Shown in pieces: positions 34,795 through 48,183 of a stretch of DNA of 64,000 nucleotides. The notes beneath the pieces are model-generated. The model was not told the origin of the DNA. It worked only from the letters and a program-made list of their open reading frames with translations, and did not search any database. The translations under genes were made by a program, and so were the position numbers. Each line of letters opens with the position of its first letter. The first letter of the stretch is position 1. Origin of the DNA: Takakia lepidozioides (lineage: Eukaryota; Plantae; Bryophyta); the NCBI GenBank assembly GCA_030704615.1, contig CM060732.1, positions 16,988,001-17,052,000 of the forward strand, in the 5' to 3' direction.

Positions 34795-35627
34795 CAGTGT
34801 TGGACCGGTATAGAGGGTTGACCCGGTTATCAACCCGGTCATCAACCCGGTTATCAGGTACCCTACCCGACAGTTATAGGTTGTAGGAAAATTTCACCTG
34901 TAACAGACCTGCCGGGACTTCGTAAGGTGGTTTTTCCTCAGAAACCCTACCCAGCTGGGGTTAGGGTTTGCCGTTTCTACTCGTTGTTGATACCAGCCGC
35001 CTCCTCCCGTTGTCGTTCCTGGTATGAGCATGGGCTAAGGCGGCAGATATGGTAGGTTTAGGAATGCAATCAGTTCAGGAGCAGCTATGGATTACTGCAA
35101 TTATCTGTAGCTGTGTTATCTGTTGCTGTGTTGGCAGTAGGAGCAGCTATAGATTATGTGCATCTACAAATTATGTGCTTAGTGAGGGTGACTATGGCTA
35201 TGTGCTCAAAGACATGTAGTTGCATTATGCATATGTTGAAGCATACATGTTTCGAATGTGTGCACTATGTTGACCGAACTATTGATACCCGCCGTTGATA
35301 ACATGCAATATAACATTCTGCAATACCAGTCTTGATAACCGAGTCGAAAAATTACAGAACATGCAATATTGATACTCATTGGTGATAAAATCCATAAATT
35401 CACGAAATTAGCCCGCATGCTATCATCAAAAGTTGATAACAGTACAACACGGTTGAGACATATCGTTTCATCAGTATGGACTATGTGTGTACATAATCGC
35501 CTTCGCAAATCTTTTCAGAATTATAAGGACTTTCCAGAGTTTTGTATAATCGGAATGGGAAGCCTAACTATTATTGTAGGCATGATATACCTCCACAAAC
35601 AGATATTCCTGGTTGAGTCCAAACATG
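34795..35627. mobile_element. Possible hAT-type non-autonomous relic
   Basis: cagtgttggac start with repeated acccggttatcaac motifs. Inverse gttgataac motifs at 35290-35440 and gtccaaacatg at ~35617-35627. TIR imperfect, no TSD. Confidence 0.3.
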
Positions 35628-36011
35628 TAACAGTAGTTGTGTATCGACAGAAACAACCGATTTGTCTTCACCTTGCTATTTACATTTCAAGGAATGTCCA
35701 TCGTGGTGACATGGTGACCATTCTCCCTGTAAATTAAACTTCCAAGAAACTTATAGAATGCTCCCTAGGCATGACAGTACATTGGACACAATTGTAGTGA
35801 ACACATTAGGTCAGCTCTCACAGTAATTCCATTGAAATGTCAGCTTCAAGTTCTTTTCACCAGCTCCAGAATTGTTAAAATCTAGGAAAAATATTGGAGT
35901 GCGTGTAGCAGGAGGCCGAATTCAATGTTCTCTACAAAAATCTCTTAACCAAGCAGATAATTTCAGATCGACTTTTCAGACCTAAACCACATTATCTACA
36001 ACACAATTCCG

Positions 36012-39000
36012 TTAGCCCGGTCTTAGATGTATACTTTTGACAAGTCCATCACCAGAGATAGCAATCTCATTCAAAAACCTCTTCAAATCAATGGTCGAGT
36101 TCCCGTTCTTGGCACGCTTCCGCTTGGAACTTTTGGCCTGCAATGACTGACAAACTCATCAAACCCCTTCCTCCATACTTGCAACATAATCTGACAAGCA
36201 ATATAATCTGACAAACCACTGCATTGGACTTGACTAACAATTTTGCAGTTGAGAGTAGCCTCATACTGAAGACTGAAGTTTGATGCTCAGCACACTGCAT
36301 TCTTTTCAGAAGAAAGTCAGGCACATGTTTGTGTAATCATAGGCTCCTCTACCATAGAATTTAATAAACCATTCTGTACAAAGTCTTCAAAAGTATCTTC
36401 ACTGATCAACATTCTTGCCTAGAGTCTCTACCTTGATGGCAGACAGTGTGAATGTCAAAGCCATGAAGTTACTCCCAATCCCGTCATACCAAGGTTTACA
36501 CATTTCTCCATGGTGGACCTGCACATCCAAACCACTTTCAGTCTGCAACATCAAAACATCCTCACCACGACTTCCATCAAATCTCTTCCCAACGACCCGG
36601 TAAACTTCAGTAGATGGCTGGCATACCTTCAACTCTCTTACAAATTCCTCCATTGGGTTGAATCCAATCAACAAGTGCTCCCGTGCTGACTTACTCCCCA
36701 GTTTAAGTAGTAATGGAGACAGCCATGTTAAGGGCTCTGCTGGTGGTGGTTTCACAATGGTCGCTGCAGCAATTACTCACAGCCACACAGGTCAATAACC
36801 AAACTTCTGAATCTCTGACAAACATGCTCCCAAGATCCGACGTGAGGATAGATGTTGCCGCACGCTCAGCCATCTCCACATGTTGCCATGGATTCTGCAG
36901 GCACCAAGCAAGGCCTTCCACACCACAGCATCTAGATTCTTATTGAGCATACTTCGTTCCTTACAGCAAGTATTATTATTACATGATCAGCATACCTTTG
37001 CTCTGAACATCAGGCGGGAAGAGCACTCGGCCTGGATATGGCAGACTCTCTGGATGAAGCTGGATGATAGCGTCATAGCACGTTACAGGTGTTCGAAAGA
37101 TTGACTGCAGACCATAAAAGTACAGGGGAAGTCAGACCCCCAATCAAATGAACATGCAATTTACTTCAGTTACATTGAAAAGCGAGGACTCCCTGAGAAT
37201 GCAGGAGAACTCGATAGACAACAATCGCAAATTGAAGCTTTCAGTATAGATGTGGAATGACGACAGACATTGAAAACAAAAGTTCCATAGCTCTATTTAC
37301 GGGAACACAGGACACACCAGCCATCTGTTGTCATCTTCCTCTCCTCGGATCAGACGACTTATAAGATCTGCGGAGCTTTTAGCATATGCCACTAGCCGCT
37401 TCAGCACCTGGCATGCATTTGGAATGCACTGGTTAGAACCTGCAAAAATCCATGGTCTACTGGTCCAAAAGGGGACATCCTGCTGTAAACAGAAATGGGG
37501 TTATCCAGTGGTACCAGAGCAGATGGTGCATCATGCGTCCAGGCTTTGGAGCCAAGGTCATAAGGTGTGGCTATATACATAGCAGAGCCACCACTCTCCT
37601 TGGGGGTTGCCTCATTTGCAGACGAAGGGAGTTCTTCCCGTTCTGCATCAAATTGAGCCTGCAAATACCGGCAATGTCTCATTCAAAAGGTACTACACCA
37701 TCACCCACCACCCTATATAAAAGAAGCTGATGATATCTGGGCTGAACGCCCTCCGTGTATGTTAAAGAATAAGGAAAAACAGGATAGTAAAGGGTGAGAG
37801 TCTACCATGATTGAATCATGGTCTCCCAGAGTCAAGTCCCCATTCACATCAACGACAATTGGTGACAGGGCCCAGTCATGGCTGACAAGAAGGCGCAGAA
37901 ATCTGAGAAACAAAACATAGTGCGACGTACAAATGAGCACCCATTCAAAGCTGGACTACCTACATGTTTTGTGCATCATGTGGACTGTTAGGAGTTTCCA
38001 TGAAGAGTGGCCATCCTTTTATTTAAGGGGTTATCTATCAACCTAACCTTGCATTAATGACAAGTAGATCAAACACATAACTATTCACAAGTTACACCTG
38101 GCTTGCACCACATGCGTCAATTTGTTTCAGTAAACTAATCCAAGTTGACCACATCGGAGACGCCCAGTCCAAGCAACCTTGCAGATTTATCAAAACAACA
38201 ATGGAGCCCAACCCCTCAAACCATTCCAAACCACCGGAGAACTCCTAAGTGAACAGGCTGATCCCCACTCCTTCAGTAACTACAATCGAGGTGGTAGATT
38301 AGAAAATACATAGAAACTGCATAACTTCTTGCCAGAATCCTGGCATGTTCCTGGCATTGTCTTCAACCTTCTCATTGTAGGCTCAAAACATCCCAGGATC
38401 CTCCCAAACAATCCACCAAAACCACCATGGCACTCTCACACAAGTTTACTTCTTATACCTCTTTACTTCGATGGTAGTAAACACCAAAAGCATAATTGAA
38501 GACATTCTCAAATTTTAAGTGTTGGAATGGATGTTTCTCTTCAAAGTCCTCAATTGAATCTCACAGCTTGAAGCTGGGATTATTCTAGTCATCACTGCAG
38601 CCCAGCCTAACTCCCTAACTATCTCAACCATTTTTACCCATAACTGCTAAAGGCTCCAGAATATGTCTAGAAGGACTATTGGAACCACAAAGGACTATTG
38701 GAACATGAATTCATTCCATCCTTCCTTCGACAATTCTTACTTCTTGTTGCCAAACCTTTTTCTGAAGTTACAGAGGAAGTTGTCAAACTGTGAGAACAAT
38801 TTATTCTGATCTTACTGCAAATTGTACGTATGACCTGCTTGCAAAACAATTGTTAAGACCACAGAGTGCGGAGCAGACACAAGACAGGGACAAAATGCCA
38901 AGTTCAGTTGGGCAAAAAGGAAAGAAGACCTAAGAAAGCCAGTCACACGAGAAGAAGGAGCAGCATGTGGAGCTGGCTTCACAAACAAATAGGCCACCAG

Positions 39001-42000
39001 GAGCTCCACTGCTTCATTTGCCACAGCCCCTGAAAAAAAATGTGATGCTACCCATCTCTTGGCAAGCCTGCTCCACAACCCACAGGAAAGTATTATCAAG
39101 TATAAGAGAAGACAAAACATGGCTCCAAGTTCACTCCATTGTCACTCTTGACTGCACTGTGAACAACGTTCAATTTATATTCACACAACAGATGGGTTTC
39201 AAAGAAGTCCATACAGTGCCATCTAGAAGCATTTGTATTACATAAGCCATGCCCACTTACAACCTGGACTCATTACCTTACAGTTGGACCATAAGCAGGA
39301 TATATGCCATGCAAGCCCTGAAGTAAGCTGGCATGCGAGCTTTGAAGAAGCCCAATCTTTACAGGTGTACTCTCCAACTCCTTCAAAGCTTTGCTACTTG
39401 GCCACGCAGGGTCTTTTTCATAGAGGACCCTGAGGCGAAACACAAAGCCTTCCATCATGACATCCACAGCATCTTCGGCAGCGACACAGCCAACCCCCCA
39501 TCTCTTCTGCATGCTGCTTCCCGGCAAAACTTCAAAATATATGTGAGTGAATCTGACAACCCTCATTTAGGCACTCCCAAACGATGTAGGTTTTCCAGCA
39601 CAACAAAGCCACTTACATGGTCCAAATCATACAAGGTAAAACCTCCAGGCTTCTTTGGCATTGGCCAGGCCACTGGGGCTCTTAGTGCCACAAGTGTCTA
39701 CACATAACATTTCCCACCTACCACTGAAACATGCTAAAACCCAGTGGTGGCTGGACTACCGTGCAAAATCAAATCCAAGATCATGGAAGTAGTATGCATT
39801 ACCTAGACACTGGGCTGATAAAATTAGACACCTCAAAATTAAAGATAAAACATGTAAAGTTTCTGGCGAGTTTCAACTGGGCAGGATTTTCTATTGATGT
39901 AGAGTTTCTACTGGCGAGCAAGAGCATGATTGGCAGCAGAAGCAGCCAGGCCCAGACCGCAAAGCAAGAATCACCTTTCTTTGTCTGCACAAGTTCACAA
40001 GCACCAGCACAAGAATTGTCCTGGCCATCAATAAACCTATGCATGCATATGCAAACTATAGTATGACTAAACAATCACAGATCTTGAAAGAAATATACCT
40101 CTGAGCGATTTGCAAGCAGAATGCGGACTTGGTTTTTTGAATAGCCTGGGACTCATCTGGCCACTTCCCAGAGCCTTCCAGCTGCAAGCCAGAATTACAT
40201 GCAACTTTAATAGAGAGTTCAACCTAATGTAAGCATGCCAAAATAATGTATTTTCCCAATGACAACCATACGGGAAAGCTGACTGGTGTGAATGGCGTAC
40301 CTGTATAACAACCTCCAAAGGCTCCACAAAACCTGACACAGCCTTCAGAGGGATTTTCTGAGGTCCAGTTGCTTCTGCTAAGGGATGCGGCTGCGGAGGG
40401 AACACATCTGTGTGCCTGAATGCTGAGCAACAGTCATTCCAATAGGATCAGTCCAGGTAGGTTGCACGAGAAGTAAGAGATGGTAGACAAACAAAGGCTC
40501 TCAGGGTTGATGAGAGATGCTTAAAGAGCACATGCAGCAGATATGACACCAGTATAGTGTGAAAGTACAGGAGAGATCACCTGCACTTATCGGTTGTACA
40601 CTCACAACCTGCAAAGGAAGGTCTTCCATGCTCCGCAGCCTCTTCGACAAAATCTCAAATGCTTCAAGCAATTTGGGCATGACAGCCATGGGATCTTGCA
40701 CACATTGAACGGTGAGAGAAGTCAAGAGAGGTAGTGACAGGACGTGGCTGTGTACTGGTTTGACCCACGTTCTGAGCGCTTACTACGTCAAACTAGGTTA
40801 ATTTGGACACACGACATTGCACCTCGTCAGTGTGATGTCTTGAACTTTTCCAACCCACCCGAATTCAATGCAATAGATGCTGTACCTTTGCCTTTCTCAA
40901 GAAGAGCATAATCAAGCTGACCAGCCACCACATGGACCGAGTCTGCCGAGATTGAGAGATGCCGACAAATTACATGAACCAAAATTTGCTGAATGATGAG
41001 ATGTCTCTGCCACCCCTGGCATTCCCACACTATAGGAATCTTCTCAGCGATGTGACTGACATTCAGTTGAGGTCTTTCACTTCCAAACAACCAGGGAAAA
41101 AATTTCACAACCATAACATGGAAGAAAATTGCCAACAGAACATCACAACATCCAGAAACAGTGGACTGGCACCCTCAGCAATGACTGTGAATCACATATT
41201 AAGGAAACAACAGGTTGAGTACTGGATTCAATGCTCGACATTCACATATTATCACTTTATCATCAAGCACAGAAAGCCTGTGATACCTTTCGCAGAACCT
41301 TTTATTGCCATTACACTCACCAGCAGTCTCTGTGATGGTCCCATCTTTAAACCTTCGCAACTCAGCCCTGTTCCCCCAGAATGCTCGGAACTTTTGAGCC
41401 TGCTCACCCAACAAATCTCAATAAGAAATCTCATTCATTTAACTATCACATATGAACACAACAAACTTTTCCAACCATTCATTCACACAGCCTGTGCATT
41501 TCTGGAGATCCAAAGACAGCTCCAGCCAAAGAAAATGGATCACTCAGCATGTGTTTGAGCTATAAAGCCACACTAGGCCATGGCCTTTCAGAGGATTGAC
41601 AGATATATGAATGCTCATCATTGTGATCTATTCTCCACTAATTGCTCCTTAAAGACGGACCAATTTCAGAGTCACTTTCTTTCAGTCATTTTCACTTTTG
41701 TCTCCTCTCTTGTTTTTTTCCATTTTGTCCCATAAGCTCTTTGAGCTTCCCGCGGACGTTATAAAGTACCATTTCATTTCATTTCATTTCTCATACAATA
41801 AGAACAGTCATCACTACCTCAGCTTTGTTGTCAGCACTTGGCCCAACATCAGCCATTCGAAGGGCTACATCCAAATTGCTAACTAAAATTCCTGCATGAA
41901 GCACGAGGCCTCGAGTCTTCGCAAATCCCTGAAGAGAAAAAAGACAAAAGTCAGTAACCTAACAGAGGATAAATTCCCCATAAGGCTTCCATTACTGATA

Positions 42001-45000
42001 CATAACAAGAAACCCAAATCTACATTGCAAAACATCCTTTTGATTAGGTTCATAGTACACGAAATTGTGAACAAAGTCCACATGCTCGACTCACCTGGTC
42101 AAGGGCCCAATCAGGAGGCAAGTTTTGGGAAAGGACCCGCACAATGCGTGCACGGTCACCCAGGCCCTGCCACAAAAGAGATTCCACTCTTCGTTTGTAG
42201 GTTCTCCAACTATCCTCATTGAGGCAGTATCGAGAGGAAGAGGGCACTGTATTAACTTCCTCAGTAGTACTCACTCTGAAATACCACCACGGTATACACA
42301 GATTGGGCAAAAGCGGTTCAATTACATTATACAAACATACATTATGACATGGTATTGCAGAATGCAACTCAATTGACAGACCTATTGATGTTGGGTTAGT
42401 CTCAGCAAAGGCTGGCTGGAAAAGCTCACATTCAACAATGAGAGGCATAACCCAGATACATTATAGGCGACTTTCAGCGCCCCTATGTGCCATGGAAATC
42501 CACACACGAGTGATTCTAGTCCATCGCCAAGCCAAAAACGAAGAAAAAGAGCACACTTCCTTCCTCAGTCATCACTGTCATACACTGGACTGGGCAGCCT
42601 AGCAATCGATTGATATGTAGGATAGACTAAATTTAGTTAGACAAGATCTAGTCAGAAAAGCAATTTGTCTACTACAATACAACTTCAGGGACATGAGTCT
42701 AGTTCAGCATCAGATCATCATCAGACCTACTATGTGATAGTCTTGACAATGCCATTGTCAGCAAGCACTCCACAACATAAGCACACAAACAATACCTCAC
42801 ATGGTAATCAAACTTGGTTGCATAATCAACAGGTGTCATAAAAAGAACGTCAAATCCTTCATCCTTGCTGCCCTTCATGGCTGTCAAAGTCCGGGTTGCT
42901 TCTTCTTTCAACTGCAGAATATCCGGACAGGTTTCTAATGAATGACAATTTGCCAAGCAAGCTGTTGCAACCCATTTCATTGACAAGTCAACCTCCTTCA
43001 GCACATTCGATGTACCCATTTTGTAGCTGTGCTGGACGATGCCAGCTTTGCAAACATTTTGAGTGGCAAAGAGATTAAAAATAGGATATAGGGTAAATTG
43101 AAATTTCACTATATAATCCATCACAATAAAGAGATATGAGGAAAACCTCAGATAGTGCGCTCTTCGTCATACGAGATGCCAGGTTCATGCGTCCTGAGGG
43201 GTCATACATCACCATTTCAAATGACCGCAGCAGAGCTTTCTTGACCTGCACCTCAGAAAACCGTAGTATGTCAACTTGACAAAACAAATGTATGCTACCC
43301 ATTCCAGATGCACATGCCTTTATTAGATCAGTTCGGTGCCTAGTACAAATCTGTCACAATACTGACAGAAAGGGTCACAAACTTGAGAAGAAATTCGAAT
43401 GACTACACTAAAGAGAGAACCAAGTACATCAACAACTTATCTAAGCCTCTCATTCCAGGTGTAATTATTACTGTCAGTAAGCCTTTGAGTCCAAAATCTA
43501 GGGAAGTAGACACTTACAACACATCATCAAATCAGAACAGACCTCAGAAGCCAGTAAGGTCACACTGTCATTCTCAATGAAGACACCTTTCCCGAGAACA
43601 TTGCCATTTGCTGCAAAGAACCCAACCTACAACACATCAAGCATCAACCAGAACAATCTAGGAATCCACCCAGAAGCTTTTTCAGAGAGCCTCCTAGAAC
43701 ACAGATCAAGCCCTGTGATAAGGCAACTACATACAGAACAACCTGAGAATGTAATTAACTCAGATTGACAGTGGGTGAGTATTACTGTACCTATAGCATC
43801 CATAGTAACTCGAAAGATCTGCAGGGCAGTCATGTGCTGGGTAATACACTTTCCACCCCCACTGGAAATCAGGTGAGCAAGCAGCATAGCCCAAAGAAAT
43901 CCATTCATATTATCTGCATTACCTTGCAGACTCCGTTGCCGTGACCACACCTGCATGGTTGTTGCATAAGAGAAAAGGCCTACAATTAATGAAGAACAAA
44001 CACACACAACCATTACTGAACCTAAATAAGCATCCAAAGATAGGGAACATGGAAATAACTAGGCTATTCTCTGTACATAGATTAGTACACCCATCGCTAG
44101 TTTCAATCACAGTGGACTCAAGCAAGAAAAAAACATAATGGCAGCAAGAGTTCAAACACAATTCAAAGGGTTCTTTCAATCTAGGATTGAGAGAATGACA
44201 AAGAAAAAAGAGTAAGAATCAGGAAAAATAATGGAATATACAGAGAGTTGCTCAGACCCTTAGATGTTCTGTATGTTTGCAATAGTTTCAGCTATAGTAA
44301 CTGCTCATCAATCTTCATCATTGCAGTCTCAGGGAGCTGGCCAACTCCTATCAGCAGAAAGCCCAAGAAGCTTCAATTTCAATTACGAGCAGACTAGTCA
44401 AGCACTTCAATAAGAAAATCAGAGTACAAGTATTCATGCTCTTCCAAGACAAGGCTGCAATCCACGCCAAAACTTTCAACCTCACAAACACTGGTTGAGC
44501 ATACAGTACTGATGCATCACCTTCATGAGCAAGACAGCCTCTCTCAAAGCCCCAACCTCCAGCGACTTTTGCAGCCATGTGGAGTTGTTTTCAAGCACCA
44601 AGTCTTCTAGAATGCTCGTATTGTAATGTGGTGTAGGTTGAGCCAGCCCTTCTGTCCTGGCAGAACATACATAAATCATCAGCAAACAACACATTCTCTC
44701 ATAGGAGATTGACCAAATTTAATCCCACCAAGTCGAAACCACTACAAGAAGCAAGGAACCCAGCACCAGCAACTTGCTTTCATGAGGGACCCACAGTGAA
44801 GATGAAGCAAGTAAATACTCAAGCACCTTGGGTTTTCGCATCTCGGACATTATTCCTTGAAGGCGCAAGCTTAGAAATGTCAAAAACTTCCGGTGAGACT
44901 GTAGGTAGTACGCATATTAAAAACTTTGTTGATGCCCTACTATCATCTCGACCTACACAAACCACCTTCAACATTAAGTTTCTCTTCAACCTTTGCCCCA

Positions 45001-46638
45001 CAACGCACACCACGGTCAAAATCCTGAACTTACCATATTTCTTCACAAACAGACTAAGAAAGTTCCTGCAAGGAACTTCAAAAGCTTACTCATTCTCTTC
45101 TCATTGACTCTATTTTACACTCCTCACAACCATTAGGTAGGAATCAAAACTTTATCAGATGTCACATCCACATGCTCCACAAAATGGGTAAACCAGAGCC
45201 ACATGCGGAGTTCACATTCTTTGTTGTTTAGAACACTCTCGATGAAAACCATACATGTGAAGCATGGATGGACTAGCTGGAAAAAAAGTTACAAGAACAC
45301 AAAGTACTAAAATTAGCAAACGCAGATATCTCACATATATCATGGTGAGAGTCTAGTAAGGAAGTACACAATACCAGGATGGAGAAGTAGAACTGGCTTG
45401 CGGGCATCTTGCTGGAAGCAACTCCACTGGACACTCTTGATTCGAGGACAACTCTGCAAGTGTTTCTCAAGTACAGCAAGGTATATCGCTCGCTTGGCAT
45501 GATAGCGATGCTTCAGATAATCCTTCTCATGGAAACAGCTCTGCAATGCATACAACACGGAATAGCCATCCCATTGTGACCCAATGTAGACAGCTCACAA
45601 ACTGTAAAGACCATGCTCAGGACAAACTCGCTGTCATCACAGCGCGGAGCACAGATATAAAATGGTGATGAGAAAACAACCTAGAAGGAATGGCCACAAA
45701 TTGGCTTGGACAGTCATATTGACTACCAGCAAACAATGAGCAATGCCCCAAAGGCCACTGACTACATAACCAATGACTTCTTTGGACTTGTGTGGGCTAG
45801 CATGACAAACACTGGCACTACAAAAACTCCAAACATTGCCATCATTCGCCATGACCACAAAATGTCACATTAAATTTTTCCAAAACACAGATAAAATCCT
45901 CGTAACGAGAAATCAATTCGCTATACAAGGACAAACGACCAGCATCTAGACATTGTGCTTAAAATAACGTGCATACAGATAGCACAATCAATTCCAGTTC
46001 ATACCCCGAATACCGAACAAAATAAAGAGGTCACCTTTGGTATTCTAACAGCAAGGTCAACATGTTGGAGAGGCTTCGCCACTGTTTGAGTTGCATAGCT
46101 TCCCACTACTTCCACAGATTCAGGCTTCTTGAAGGTGAAGCGAGCTTTACCTTCTGGCACACCAAGGTCTTTCACAAATGCAGAAGCCAGAGAACCCGAA
46201 ACCTGAAACCACACAATCGAAAACCATCAGTAATTTCTTATAAAACTGGAAACATTCGAGAAGCCCTGCATGATCTCCCTGCGTGTCTCCTCGAGGCATA
46301 AAGTCTGACGGCTAACACAACCAATCATGCACACAGGAAAACTCGTCACAAGTTCACTCGAATGACGGTCAAGATACCCACAACACCTGGCCAAATCCAT
46401 CTCGTCGCAAGGAGCAAGTTACTGTCACAATACCAACTCTGGTAAGGAGCGTACTATATGAAGTACAAGGACGAAACAAAAGAATCAACGCTTCTCCTAC
46501 CTCTTCATCTGAGAGGCCAAGCAAAGTCTCCCGGACAGAAGCAATGACAGCCTCGACTACTCGAGTCCTCGAATAGTTTACCGACACTTCCTTCAAGAGC
46601 TCATTAACTTTTATGATTGCAAGCGGAGCGTCCGCCAT
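36012..46638 (-). CDS. NOL6: Nucleolar protein 6 / Nrap / Utp22, multi-exon
   Basis: Exons: KVNELLKEV; FKKPESVEVVGSY..VDLAVRIPK; CFHEKDYLKHRYHAKRAIYL; TPHYNTSILED; FRAFWGNRAELRRFKDGTITE; DLPLQVVSVQP; HASLLQGL..YGPTVR; LAKRWV..EAVELLV; last exon ..FLNEIAISGDGLVKSIHLRPG* (stop 36012-36014). Confidence 0.93.
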
Positions 46639-47111
46639 TGTGCCTCCCTCTTTCACGACCCACAGACTATCCACGAGAGAGCTACTCGTTCAACAAAGGC
46701 CCCACATGGCCTCGTATGAAGCAAATGGCACCCCAGAACCTAACCGGTCGACATTCACTGCTCCACCAGAAAAAATATACTGCAAATCACAGCAAGAGGA
46801 TGAAGAGAAGAAATGCGTGAAATCCAAAAATCCATCACTCTCTCTGCAGCCTGATGAGATCACAACTCCCGGGGATTCCCATACTGGCATCCTCACCTCA
46901 TGCATACAAGACTTATAGAAACCCTGAACCCTGAACCCTAGCACGCATCGTTTTGACCGGTGGATACAAGCACGGACCATCGGATAGATCACAGACAGCC
47001 AGTCGTCCAAACCCCCCAACATGGATGAACTGGTTCACATATCGAGGTCTTGTGACGGAAATCGAGATACCAAAGGGGAGCAGGTTAGTTCTTGCGTGAG
47101 AAGAGGCTGCG
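46639..47111. promoter_or_regulatory. Putative bidirectional promoter between NOL6 and the thioesterase
   Basis: Start codons are ~470 bp apart, head-to-head. Telo-box-like aaaccctgaaccctgaaccctag at ~46919-46941. Confidence 0.55.
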
Positions 47112-48150
47112 ATGGCGGTGAGGAGGATGGGGTGCAGGAAGATTGGAGGGCAGCAGGGAGGAGGCCAGTGCCAGGGTCGTTTTGTGTTGTTGCTGGTCGT
47201 GGCCCAACTCTGGATTCTCCCTCTCTTTGTGCAGGTGGCAGCTTTGGAGCCCCTTCCCTTTGTTGTCCTGCATGGTTTGCTTCCTTCTCCTCCTCCCTCT
47301 GTCGCTTTGAGCTTGGTCTGCGATCGGTAATCTTCTTGCTACTTTGCGTCTTCCAAACAAAAGTGAAGAATTTTCTGGCATGATTCAATGTGCATAACTG
47401 ATTGGCATGTTGTCCGAACTCAACTTTCCCTTCAAATTCGGTTTGTGTTGCTCGGGGGAATGTGGAGAATGCGCCTTCAACCAAGTATTTAGCTGGTTTG
47501 TTTGTCACGATCTTAAAAGTTCTTTTTCATACGAGTCTGTGGTGATCAGTGCTGTATGCTTGTAGTTTACTAGTGGGAATGGAGGGGACTTACTTGGCAG
47601 GGATTGGAGACCAGTGCAAGAATCATGGGGTTTCTCAATTCACAGAGCTCCTCGCCAATATGTCAGGAGCTGCAGGATTCTGCATGTCTGTGCCTCTCAT
47701 CTGTTGGTCAAGCCTGTTCTATGTATTTGATTTCTTGACGGAAAATGAATGGCCTATATATGAATGTCTAGCTTCATATTGTTTGTTATGTTGGGTAAAT
47801 ATGTAGGAAAGAGAAACCGGGTGCCCCCCTATATTGGCTAGTGTGGAAAGTCATAAAAGTCACTTTCTAGTACATCTTCACTGTTCAACTTCTGGAAGTC
47901 AGACTGGAAGAGTAAGTCATGTGCTGGTTATCTGACATCTCATGCGGACTGCTTGGTGCAGTGAGATAGGGGATGGAGCCAGCGATTCCTTTTTTATGCG
48001 CCTTGACAAACAGGTGTTCAGTGATTTTTTGCGAGGCATTTAATCAAGATTCCCATCACATGGATTTAGTTGCCTTGGAACTGCTGATTTGTTAGGCTGG
48101 TTGCCCACATCCCCTGCACTCACACACACAAACACACACACACACACACC

Positions 48151-48183
<33 letters not shown>

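Noticed and set aside
38000-38800. Retroelement fragment in the long NOL6 intron
   Set aside because: No convincing RT or RNase H motifs could be read.
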